NCBI GenBank assembly: GCA_020184695.1
Contig: JAANOX010000186.1
Location: 16,645-80,644, forward strand
Source of the DNA: Histomonas meleagridis 2922-C6/04-290x
Taxonomy: Eukaryota; Protista; Parabasalia
Reading direction: 5' to 3'
Length of the DNA: 64,000 nt
Shown here: positions 51,084 to 60,791 of the stretch, in pieces
How the letters are laid out: every line of letters begins with the position of its first letter
Numbering within the stretch: position 1 is the stretch's first letter
Notes under the pieces: generated by a model
Told to the model about the DNA's origin: nothing
The model's database searches: none
What the model saw: only the letters and a program-made list of their open reading frames with translations
Translations under genes and position numbers: made by a program

Positions 51084-52562
51084 TTATAAGCTAATTTTGA
51101 TAGTCTTTTCCTTTGATTCAGCTTGTAAATGGTTAAGAGCAGTTACAGCATAAATGTAGTTACTTGTGCCATCGACGTAAGGCAAAATATAATATGTATC
51201 TCTTGTAATTCCGACAATGTTAGCAGGATCATTCAAATCGACACTATCTTCGCTATCAAACCTATAAATGACATACATTATAGCCTTATCCATCTCTGTT
51301 TCTGCTTCTGGAGCATTCCAAACTAAGATGTGGTTGTCACCATCAACGGCGGTTGCTAACGATGTCACTTTTCCTGGTTCCTTGTCATAGATAAATGGCA
51401 TAGTTGGAACCAGTGCGGGGTACTTGTGGTACGTGTTGATGAGCGCATCACGATAGCCGCCTTGATTCTCGACAACAGCTTGAGCATACCATTGGCAGCT
51501 GCCTTGAATCGTGGCGAATTGCCTTTGGAGTGTGTACTTGGCTTCGATTTGGTTTTGGTCTGGTTTGGCTGGATCTTTATATTGGATGGTGCGAACAACA
51601 TCTTGGCCAATGTAAAGTGGACGCTCTGATGAATACTTAGCCCACCAACGAACAAGAACATCATAATCAGCGGCTGAATATCCGATTTGCCAATAAACTT
51701 GTGGAATGTTATAATCAACCCATCCTTCATTAACCCATAAAAGGATATCGGCATATAAGTCATCATAGTTTTGAAGTCCTCTGGTGTCACTACCGTTTGG
51801 ATCTGAGGCTTTGTTACGATATATACCGAATGGTGATACGCCAAATTTGACCCATGGTTTAAGGGAACGTACTAATTCATGCATCTCCTTGATAAGAAGA
51901 TTGACATTGTCACGACGCCAATCTCCTTTGTTGGTAAAGCCACGGCTGTATGCAGCAAAACTTGCTGTATCGCCAAATTCTTCACCACTGCTTGGATATG
52001 GATAAAAGTAATCATCCATATGGATGGCATCGATATCATAACGAGTAACAATATCTTCAACTATCTGAAGAATGTGTTGGCGAGATTCAGGATATCCAGG
52101 ATCGAAATAAACTTGACCAGCATAAGTAAGGAAAAGCTCTGGTTTGACATTGATTGGGTGGTTTTCTGCAAGTTCTTTTGTACCGGCGGTTTGTGCACGA
52201 TATGGATTAATCCAGGCATGAAGTTCCATGCAACGCTTGTGGCATTCATCAACCATGAACTGAAGTGGGTCCCATAGTGGGTTTGGAGCTACGCCTTGCT
52301 TTCCAGTAAGAAAACGACTCCATGGTTCATATTCAGAATTGTATAATGCATCGCATTCTGCACGCACTTGGAAAATGATGGCATTGATTCCAGCTTCTTG
52401 AAGACTATCTAATTGTGAGATTAATTTTGCTTGTGTTTGTTCAGTTGTCATACCCATTAAGTTACCATTAACACATTGGATCCATGCACCACGGAACTCG
52501 CGTTTTGGATGAAGCAATGGATCACTGGCCGAGAAAGCTAGCGAAAGCAATGCAAAAAACAT
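51084..52562 (-). CDS. Secreted GHL10 / DUF187 (YddW/DigH-like) glycoside hydrolase with C-terminal FN3-like domain, Bacteroidetes-like
   Basis: Signal peptide MFFALLSLAFS, KREFRGAWIQCVNG, GINAIIFQVR, EPWSRFLTG, MELHAWINPYR, YDIDAIHMDDYFYPYP, FGVSPFGIYRN, VDYNIPQVYW and FN3-like YIYAVTALNHLQAES. Confidence 0.88.
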   Translation of the reverse strand: MFFALLSLAFSASDPLLHPKREFRGAWIQCVNGNLMGMTTEQTQAKLISQLDSLQEAGINAIIFQVRAECDALYNSEYEPWSRFLTGKQGVAPNPLWDPLQFMVDECHKRCMELHAWINPYRAQTAGTKELAENHPINVKPELFLTYAGQVYFDPGYPESRQHILQIVEDIVTRYDIDAIHMDDYFYPYPSSGEEFGDTASFAAYSRGFTNKGDWRRDNVNLLIKEMHELVRSLKPWVKFGVSPFGIYRNKASDPNGSDTRGLQNYDDLYADILLWVNEGWVDYNIPQVYWQIGYSAADYDVLVRWWAKYSSERPLYIGQDVVRTIQYKDPAKPDQNQIEAKYTLQRQFATIQGSCQWYAQAVVENQGGYRDALINTYHKYPALVPTMPFIYDKEPGKVTSLATAVDGDNHILVWNAPEAETEMDKAIMYVIYRFDSEDSVDLNDPANIVGITRDTYYILPYVDGTSNYIYAVTALNHLQAESKEKTIKISL

Positions 52563-53291
52563 TCCAATTTTGTTTCTTTGCTTACATAACCGTCCGCATT
52601 CAATTTATAAGTAACGGTTAGAAGGTGGGTATTGTTCAAAAATTGAATAAAATTTTGTATGGATAACCGATTTATTTATTCATTTTTGTGTGGTTAAAAT
52701 TATTGTGCCGAAATGAATAATAACACGATAAAAAACAATTCGTCACTTCATTCAGTATTGATTTCATGTGATCGATCACATATATTAATTCGTTATTATA
52801 AAACATTAAGTATGATTTTGATAAACCTTTTTTTTTTTTTGGAATCTTCTTAAGAATTTAATTATATCCAATTGCAATTTCAAAAAATATTATATAAAAA
52901 GCAATGAATACCTTTGATTTTCATTATGAGCATAGTATTTTGGTTGTGAAAAATTAATACATAATTTTTGAATCTTTTCTTTTATTCCTTCAGCCTTTCA
53001 TACAGTCTTTATGGATCCATCTCTGAGAAAAAAGTGCCAAAATAAACTCACTCAACCTATAAAATGAATAAAGCAGTCAATTTTTTCACATATTTACACC
53101 AACTTTTTATATGCTTATTTGGCCGTGATCCCTTTTTCTGAGAAGCTAATTAATAAATTTTATTTTTTGTGGTGCTTAATTTGTCAGAAATGATCCAATT
53201 TTTCTGGTAGGATGATCAAATTCAATACAAAAATGTCTTGCCAAGTGGTCAAAATTAACCGATAGAAACGGCCTTATCAAACAACGTTAAA

Positions 53292-53969
53292 ATGAACAAG
53301 CATTCGTTCCTTGCAAGGGTTTACCATACAGCTGGACTTACAGCAAAAGCCTCAGATGAAGTTTCAAAACTTGCAGTTGTTCATGGGCAACTTACACCAG
53401 AAGATGAAGCTACAGTAAGCGTTGTTACAAAAGGAAGGATTGATCAACTTCGTCGCGCAAGTCGTATAATTTGTGTTGTTGAAGAAAGAGAAGAAAACAA
53501 AGGTAAAGTTAATAGAGTTATTGCCTTACGAGGATTTAAATCCAAAATCGAGGAAGAACTTGCTGGCCTTCTTAACCAATATATAACATTAATTGATAAC
53601 TCCTTCCTAGTACATCCAACAAGCGAACCATCTCGTATTTTATTTTTGAAAATGAAAGCTGATTATTGTAGATATTTGGCAGAAATACATAGAATGCAAG
53701 TCCAACAAGTTCGTAATGCTTACACCCAAGCCTACGATGCTGCAAGGGCTGCTCTCCCTCCTGCCCATCCTTTGAGAACGGGAATAGCATTAAACTTTTC
53801 TGTATTCCACTATGAAATTTCCGGAAACAAAACTCTTGCAAGAGAGTTAGCAACAACGGCTTATGAAGAAGCCCTTGTCGCTGCAAAATCGCTACCGCCT
53901 GATGAAAAAGAAGATGCGATGGAAGTCATTAATTTGATTTCTTCCAACCTCAACAATTGGCAAATGTAA
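53292..53969 (+). CDS. Divergent 14-3-3 protein
   Basis: LKMKADYCRYLAE and HPLRTGIALNFSVFHYEI. Residues equivalent to the phosphopeptide-binding K49, R56, R127 and Y128 appear retained. Confidence 0.9.
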   Translation: MNKHSFLARVYHTAGLTAKASDEVSKLAVVHGQLTPEDEATVSVVTKGRIDQLRRASRIICVVEEREENKGKVNRVIALRGFKSKIEEELAGLLNQYITLIDNSFLVHPTSEPSRILFLKMKADYCRYLAEIHRMQVQQVRNAYTQAYDAARAALPPAHPLRTGIALNFSVFHYEISGNKTLARELATTAYEEALVAAKSLPPDEKEDAMEVINLISSNLNNWQM

Positions 53970-54160
53970 ATAAAACGAATTTCCTAATTTTCATTCATAA
54001 TTCTTCTTTGATCTGTATGAGAGTGAACAACAACACAAACGATAAAAAATTCAATGGTTACAACATCGTTTCCATATTGAAATTACTTATCGTTGCATTC
54101 AAAATATGTCATATCGTTTGTCAGTTGACAAAAAAAATTGTCAATCATTTTTAATTTTAC

Positions 54161-55195
54161 TTAAAAATCATTGATCTTGCTGGGATGTGGTTCAAGGTAT
54201 TGTTGTAAGTAGTTAATATCCCAATAATCGGGATGATCTAAATACCACTTAACGGTCTCCTCGAGTAAAGTATCGAAGTCAGTGTTTGCTTTCCAGCCGA
54301 GTTTGTTGAGTTTGGAAGAGTTAACCATGTATCTGGAATCATTAAATGCTCTATCTTCGACATGTTCGATCCAATCATCTTCATTTCCTGGCATCTTCAT
54401 TATGCGGATTATCTTCCTGCATAAGTCATTGATGCTAATTTCATACTCGGTACCAATGTTGTAGATTTCTTGATCCTTTCCACGACGAAGAATTAGATCA
54501 AATGCTTTGACAACATCAGATGTATGAAGGAAGTTCCTCAAAATTTCGCCCTTGCCATGGATGCAGCATTTCTTGCCTTCACGAAGACGATAAATGAATT
54601 TGGGAATAACTTTTTCAGGGAATTGCATTGGTCCAAAGACGTTGTTACCACGTGTGATAATAATGGGCATATGGAATGAGCGGATATAAGCTTGGCAAAC
54701 AAATTCAGCACCAGCTTTGCTGCATGCATATGGATTGGTTGGAGAAAGAATAGCAAGCTCATCAGCATTGCCATTTAATACTTCACCATAGACTTCATCA
54801 GTAGAAACATGGATAAATCTCTTAATCTTATATCGTTTTGCACATTCGAGAAGAGTATGAGTTCCCAAAACATTAGTCTTGGTGAACTCAAGAGAGTTAC
54901 CAAAGGAACGATCAACGTGGGATTGAGCAGCAAAATGAAGGACAGTATCAATTTTATGAACTTCCATTAAGTATGAAACTAATTCAGAATTAAGAATGCT
55001 GCCTTTGACAAAAAAGCAGTTAGGGCATTTTAATGATTGTTCAATGTTTTTGATGTTGGAGCAATAATCAAGAATATCGAGACAGACAAACTTGACATCA
55101 GGATACTTTGCGACGAGGTAGTTTAATACGTGAGATGGGATGAATCCTGCTCCACCTGTTAAAAGGACTGAGTTTGGTTGATACTCTTCTTCCAT
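54161..55195 (-). CDS. UDP/dTDP-glucose 4,6-dehydratase (rhamnose pathway, RHM N-terminal type)
   Basis: LTGGAGFI, LDILDYCSN, HFAAQSHVDRSF, STDEVYG, YACSKA (YxxxK), RGNNVFGPMQFPEKVIPKF and RAFNDSRY. Confidence 0.93.
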   Translation of the reverse strand: MEEEYQPNSVLLTGGAGFIPSHVLNYLVAKYPDVKFVCLDILDYCSNIKNIEQSLKCPNCFFVKGSILNSELVSYLMEVHKIDTVLHFAAQSHVDRSFGNSLEFTKTNVLGTHTLLECAKRYKIKRFIHVSTDEVYGEVLNGNADELAILSPTNPYACSKAGAEFVCQAYIRSFHMPIIITRGNNVFGPMQFPEKVIPKFIYRLREGKKCCIHGKGEILRNFLHTSDVVKAFDLILRRGKDQEIYNIGTEYEISINDLCRKIIRIMKMPGNEDDWIEHVEDRAFNDSRYMVNSSKLNKLGWKANTDFDTLLEETVKWYLDHPDYWDINYLQQYLEPHPSKINDF

Positions 55196-55729
55196 CGAAT
55201 GGCCTTATTGAAAATGATGACAAATTGAAAAAAGCTTTTTGATAAGTTTATAATGACAAAAAAAGCCGACCAACACAATTTTAAACTACAGGTGTGTAGG
55301 GAGCCCCTGTGTAAAAAACGTTCGTCCAAGTGATGTGGTTAATTTTCAGGTGTGAAGTGATTTAACGTATTTATCAATGATGCTCATTGGGTATTCATTT
55401 TGAATATGTGCTTTCTAAACATATTGTATTAATAATACATAGCAATGGATTGAAAGAATGATCCATCATGCAAACCCCAATTTTTTCATGTGACTTTATG
55501 AAATTAATTATGAAAATCATAATAAGGATGTATACTTATGGTTATATGTAAACTATACAAATTCAAAAAAGCATTATGGTTTTCAACTACATACTATCGA
55601 AATCATTGTATGTTATTACATAATTTTGTGATAATTTTCCTCACTTTTATTGTTACTGAATTATTTTTCAACAAAATGAAACACATTTCAATAAATTTAT
55701 TTAATAAATTAATAAAACCTAATAAAACT

Positions 55730-56455
55730 ATGAAAAACAAATTTCTTCCTCTAATTTTCTTATTTTTTTCATTCATACAACTGAAACATTTTCTACTGAA
55801 ACATCAACACTTACCATCCTAGTTCAAGTGAATTTGATGAAAGATCTAATTACCAAAGCACAACTTTACATCTTATAATTGAAAGTGGTGTTACAACAAT
55901 ATCAGGTTCTGCTTTTTCTACTTGGTCTTCTTTACTTTCAGTTATCATTGGTGATTCTGTTACATCAATTGGATCTTATGCATTTTATTATTGTTCAAGC
56001 TTAGAATCAGTTATAATTGGGGAAAATGTTCAATCATTTGGAGATCGTGTATTTGAGCAATATACTCAATTACAGAACATCACTTTTCCAGCATCAGTAA
56101 GTTCATTTGGTTATGCTATTTTTATATTATGTCCTAATGTTAAGTTTTTTAAAGTATCTGAAAACAATCCATATTTTTGTAATTTAAATGATGATGATGA
56201 TGTTCTTTATGATAAAAATGTTCAAACTATTTATTATTATCCAGCAGCAATTGAAGGAAATACATATGAAAACCCATCACAGTTACTGATTCATTTTATT
56301 ATTCGAATTTGGAAGAGATTACGAATTTTGATAACATTGAAAGTATAGAAGAATATGCATTTTGTCACAAGGACACCGAAGCATCAATATTTCCTTTTAT
56401 ACAAAAGATTATACATTCCGAACTAATTACGAAAATACTGAACAAAATTCTATAA
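55730..56455 (+). pseudogene. BspA-like LRR surface protein gene broken by three 1-nt frameshifts
   Basis: Signal peptide MKNKFLPLIFLFFSF, then in shifted frames TETFSTETSTLTI, IESGVTTISGSAFS...VIIGDSVTSIGSYAFYYCSSLESVIIGENVQSFG...VSENNPYF...VLYDKN and TVTDSFYYSNLEEI...IESIEEYAF. Confidence 0.8.
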
Positions 56456-56531
56456 GACAAAATAAACAAAAGAAAAGATTTTCACAAATACAAAGAAGAT
56501 AACAAATTCCACGGATAATTTGGATCATGCA

Positions 56532-57902
56532 TCATTCATCATTTATTATCGGAAACTCATCTAAAAAAATGCCCACATCCAAATTTTCCAAACACATTGT
56601 CAACGAGTGAATAGCTTGAACACATTCGACGAAGTCTTGATTCTCCATCATATCCATATTTTCATTTTGTGCGTAATTTCTAATTACTACAAGTGCAAGA
56701 GATATTTGGTGAGTTAATTCAATGTCTTCATTTAACAACATTTGGTTGAAGATTGACAAAACGAAATTTAAATTTTTAAAATATTTTTTAGATGACGAAG
56801 CTCTTATATATATCAATGCCACGAGAAGTGTTGAATATCTTTTTATATTATAATTAGCTTCGTCATATATTGTTAATAATTTTTTAAGAATTTTTGAAAA
56901 ATTTTCTTGAAGAAATTTGTTTTTGATTTCGACAATTTGATATAATAACCAAAGAATTGACGGTAAGTTTTCATTATTTGCGTGCAAATGTAATATAATA
57001 TCTTTAGAATCAAATGCAATTAGATTTGATTTAGCTCTGTAATTGATTATAAAATATCCAGAAAATAAAATTAAGTCTTTATTTAATTGTTTAGTTTTAA
57101 ATCGATTTTTGATGTAATTTTTAAACCCGAAAATTTTGAACTTTCCTATGTCAATATTTCTTGATTTAACAAGATTTAAAAGTATTGTGTCAATTTGATT
57201 AAAATGATTTCCTTCGCTTGCTTGAAATGTTTTATAATTTATTGAGGTTCCAATACTTTCAAGAATTAGTGATGAAATTTCATTGGAAATATTTGGATAA
57301 AGTGTATATTGCACTAAAAAATTTAATTGATAATAGTATTGTTGCGGCTCAACTTCAATTAAAAAAACTTTTAAGATTATATTTATAATTTCGATTGTAA
57401 ATAGATCAAAAAATTCAACGTGTTGACAAAAATTAGTGAGCATAAGAAGAATGTTTGAATGAAATTTTAACATTGGTTGTTGTAAAAAGTCAATAAATGG
57501 AATTTCATTAAAAAAATTCATTGCAAGTAATTGTTGGCAATATCCTTTTTCTTGTGTTAATATTTTGAATATGAAAAAAGAATTAACAAGGACTTCTTCA
57601 CGTGGCATTTCTCTGATTGAAACAATCAGGTTTTGAATTAGTAAAGAATCATCTATTTGTTGATTTGGAAAAGGGATTGTTTTTTCATATTTGATTGAGC
57701 TTACCAGATCTCTTAATCCTGATGTTAATTCAATTCCATTACCATTTGCAACAGCTTCCCGAATTTGATTTAAGCTATTAATAAAATTTTCATATAATAG
57801 CTGATTTTCGAAAACTGAAGGTAATTCTATGAGTTCTTTCATTTCACCATTGAGTCTTAAATGCGATTGATGAGAATTTTCCTGATTTTTATATGAAATC
57901 AT
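56532..57902 (-). CDS. Hypothetical ARM/HEAT-like helical-repeat protein (importin-alpha-like lineage family)
   Basis: 456-aa intact ORF with amphipathic helical repeats. The N-terminus MISYKNQE resembles the paralogue at 60792. Confidence 0.5.
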   Translation of the reverse strand: MISYKNQENSHQSHLRLNGEMKELIELPSVFENQLLYENFINSLNQIREAVANGNGIELTSGLRDLVSSIKYEKTIPFPNQQIDDSLLIQNLIVSIREMPREEVLVNSFFIFKILTQEKGYCQQLLAMNFFNEIPFIDFLQQPMLKFHSNILLMLTNFCQHVEFFDLFTIEIINIILKVFLIEVEPQQYYYQLNFLVQYTLYPNISNEISSLILESIGTSINYKTFQASEGNHFNQIDTILLNLVKSRNIDIGKFKIFGFKNYIKNRFKTKQLNKDLILFSGYFIINYRAKSNLIAFDSKDIILHLHANNENLPSILWLLYQIVEIKNKFLQENFSKILKKLLTIYDEANYNIKRYSTLLVALIYIRASSSKKYFKNLNFVLSIFNQMLLNEDIELTHQISLALVVIRNYAQNENMDMMENQDFVECVQAIHSLTMCLENLDVGIFLDEFPIINDE

Positions 57903-57941
57903 TTAAAATCTTGCCCTGCATAAAAAGTGCCATTTTGCAAA

Positions 57942-58478
57942 ATGAGTCAACGAAAATTTAAAACATTCCAAAGGCTTTTAGCAAGAACAGAAGAACTAAC
58001 TGACCCAGATTGCATTAAGGAGAACATGATTGTTATTGATAAACTTTTTAATGAACTACGTAACTCAAATATCATTTCTTCTCAAGAATCAAAAGAATAC
58101 TTAACACGAATCAAAAACATGCAAAGCAAAATCGCACCAAAGGTTGTGGCTCCAAAGCCAAAATCAAGTACTGTATGTATAACACCAAATGAAATTGCTC
58201 TAGCACAAGAAAAGCATAAGCAATCGATTTTGACTGATGAGCTATTAAGAGAAACAGAAAAAATTAAGCAAAATGTTATCAAAGTTGGACTTTACACAGG
58301 AATAGATGCAGAAGTTCTAGATAATGTACGTGATAATCTTGAGAATGTAACTAACAAATCCGAAAAAACAAACGTACAAATGACAGAAGTTAAAAGTGAG
58401 AGGGTAGGATGGCGGGCCTATCTCTGGCTGATTTATATTGTTGTTGTATTTTTACTTGTTCGTTTCATTTTCCAATAA
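57942..58478 (+). CDS. Tail-anchored SNARE, USE1-like
   Basis: N-terminal FQRLLARTEE, SNARE-like coil ILTDELLRETEKIKQN...DAEVLDNVRDNLENV and a single C-terminal TM. First ATG at 57942. Confidence 0.55.
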   Translation: MSQRKFKTFQRLLARTEELTDPDCIKENMIVIDKLFNELRNSNIISSQESKEYLTRIKNMQSKIAPKVVAPKPKSSTVCITPNEIALAQEKHKQSILTDELLRETEKIKQNVIKVGLYTGIDAEVLDNVRDNLENVTNKSEKTNVQMTEVKSERVGWRAYLWLIYIVVVFLLVRFIFQ

Positions 58479-58876
58479 AAATTGTTAAAAACATTTTAAG
58501 GCTCTCTCTTGATAAATCGCATCACAAGATTTGCAAAACGAAAAAAAAAAAAAAAAAAAAATGAATTATTAATTTTTTCCAAAAACATAACCAGTCATCA
58601 TAAATTTTGTTTCAATGTTTGGAAGCAGCATGAACTTCAAAGTTCATCTATGAATATATTCGACAAATTTTGGAATTCCAAATTCAAAAAATAATATGAT
58701 CTGGCATTTATTTGTTTGTGGCATTGGGATTATTTGTATTTTAGTTATTTTAACAATATCATTGACTTGAGTTCATTCTTTTGAATATCGAAAATTCCCG
58801 TAAAAAAACAACGGCGTTTTTTGAGGGAAAAGAAATGACAAAAAAAATTGAGAGTATTTCTTTCGGAATTTTTCGT

Positions 58877-59449
58877 ATGTATGAAGATCAACCTTTGCCA
58901 CGCGTAATTTTGATTGGAGATTCATTTTGTGGAAAAACAGCACTACTAATGAAATTAATGGGACAAAAATTGCAAAATTATGAACCAACCATTGGCGCTT
59001 CGAATTTTATTTACTCAAGAAATGTTAAAGGCAAAAACCTAAAAATACAAATATGGGACACAGCTGGACAAGAACAGTATCAATCTTTAGGACCAATTTA
59101 TTATCGAAATGCGTGTGCTGCAATTTTTGTTTATGATGTTACCAAAATTCAAACATTCAATCATATTCCTCAATGGCACAAAATTTTTATGGATTCAGTT
59201 GGAGGAAAGTTTAATCCGATTCTTTTTCTAGTTGGAAATAAGATCGATTTGCAAGACGAAATAGCCATTGATGAAGCATCTGCATCATCTTTTGCTACAG
59301 ATAATGGCTTCTTTTTTTTCCAAACTTCTGCTTTAGAAGGACATAATGTCGAACGTTTATTCCAATCTGTAATCGAAAAAATTTATACTCAAGCGCCAAA
59401 AGAAACTGAGACAAAAGAAGTAAAAGAACAGAGCAGTAAGTGTTGCTAA
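58877..59449 (+). CDS. Rab-family small GTPase
   Basis: GDSFCGKT, PTIG, WDTAGQEQY, YYRNA, GNKID, TSA and C-terminal CC prenylation site. Start uncertain; MYEDQP chosen. Confidence 0.93.
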   Translation: MYEDQPLPRVILIGDSFCGKTALLMKLMGQKLQNYEPTIGASNFIYSRNVKGKNLKIQIWDTAGQEQYQSLGPIYYRNACAAIFVYDVTKIQTFNHIPQWHKIFMDSVGGKFNPILFLVGNKIDLQDEIAIDEASASSFATDNGFFFFQTSALEGHNVERLFQSVIEKIYTQAPKETETKEVKEQSSKCC

Positions 59450-59666
59450 ATCACTTCAATATGATTAATAAATTATGATCTGTTATTCCATTTCTCAAAA
59501 AATTTATTGAATTTTTTTTATTCAAGAATACTCTGTGCTGTAACTACAGTTTCGTAACAAATTGTTGGCTGGAAAACATTTTTCTCTTTGGAGATTTTTT
59601 GAATGAGGTTAGTTACCACTTTTTGATTAATAACGATATGTCCGTTAAAGATTTACAAGAATCAAA

Positions 59667-60597
59667 ATGAGCAAATTGCACATAAGAAATGGGAGAAAGT
59701 TTCCACCAAGGATACCACAGGAAGAACTCAATGAAAGAACAGAAAAGAAGCTTGCTGAGTGTGGAGTTGATAATGTTTCCCAAGCAAAATTCACATGTGA
59801 AATTTCAAAAAAAGTAATTGGTTCAAAAAAACCAATATATGAAACACTTCAGCCAAACATAAAGTGCCGTGATGATGAAGCATGGTCTCGAGCATATGCA
59901 CTTGTTTTCAAATTTTTAGAAGAACAAAAAATGCAAATTACACTTGATACAATAAACACAGAAACCCAAAAAACTAAGCTCCTTCTTAGTTCTGCTTTTG
60001 ATGGAGTTAATGCAACCCAATATCTTGAAGAAAAAATAACAAAACAACTTCAATCCACAGAGTCTTTTTCACAAAGAGTTGCAAAGTTTGTCAAGGAAGA
60101 AGGGCTTGATGAACAAGCTCCACAAAAAATAAGTAAACCTGTAGAAAAAGATGCGATCAAACCTCCAAAGAAAACAATTGAAAATCCAAAACGAGATATA
60201 CCTGAAAGCAAACCCCAAAATAAAATACCTTTAAAAATAGCTCCACTTATTCAAAACGAAAAACCCGATAAAAAATTGCCTGAAGCTACAAACAATAAAA
60301 AGAAAAGTTCATCTTCATCTTCTCAAGAAAAAGAAGATATGTTTGATGACTTTTCTTCTGATCGCTTCAAAGACGATGATGAACATGCTGCCAATCCACC
60401 AAAGAAAGTGGAAGATAAAGATATTGAAGATATAGATTTTAATCTTGATGAAGATGTAAACAAAGATAGCGATTTGGATATTGAAATCAACCTTGATGAT
60501 GATGAAGAAAAAAAATGATAATGTCAAAGAAAACCAAGTTGACGATTTTGGAGATGACTTTGATGATTTTGGAGATGATTTTGAAATCGATCAGTAA
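59667..60597 (+). CDS. LisH-motif (FOP/TON1-like) protein with acidic tail; 1-nt frame break at an A8 run near 60508-60515
   Basis: LisH-like RAYALVFKFLEEQKMQITLDTINTE. The ORF stops at 60518, but removing one A gives EKNDNVKENQVDDFGDDFDDFGDDFEIDQ ending at TAA 60595-60597. Confidence 0.6.
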
Positions 60598-60791
60598 ATC
60601 AAATTTATCAAAAAAAATTTAAGATATATTTCTCTAAAATAAAAAGATCAAAAATGTTAGAAAAAGTTATCTCAATTTAATGAACATATTTGAGAATTGT
60701 TTTAAGTCTTCGAAAACCTGATTTTTTGAGTGCTTGTAGAAGAAATATTATGTGAAAACTCATTGCTGTAATAATAAACGTACACTCTTTA

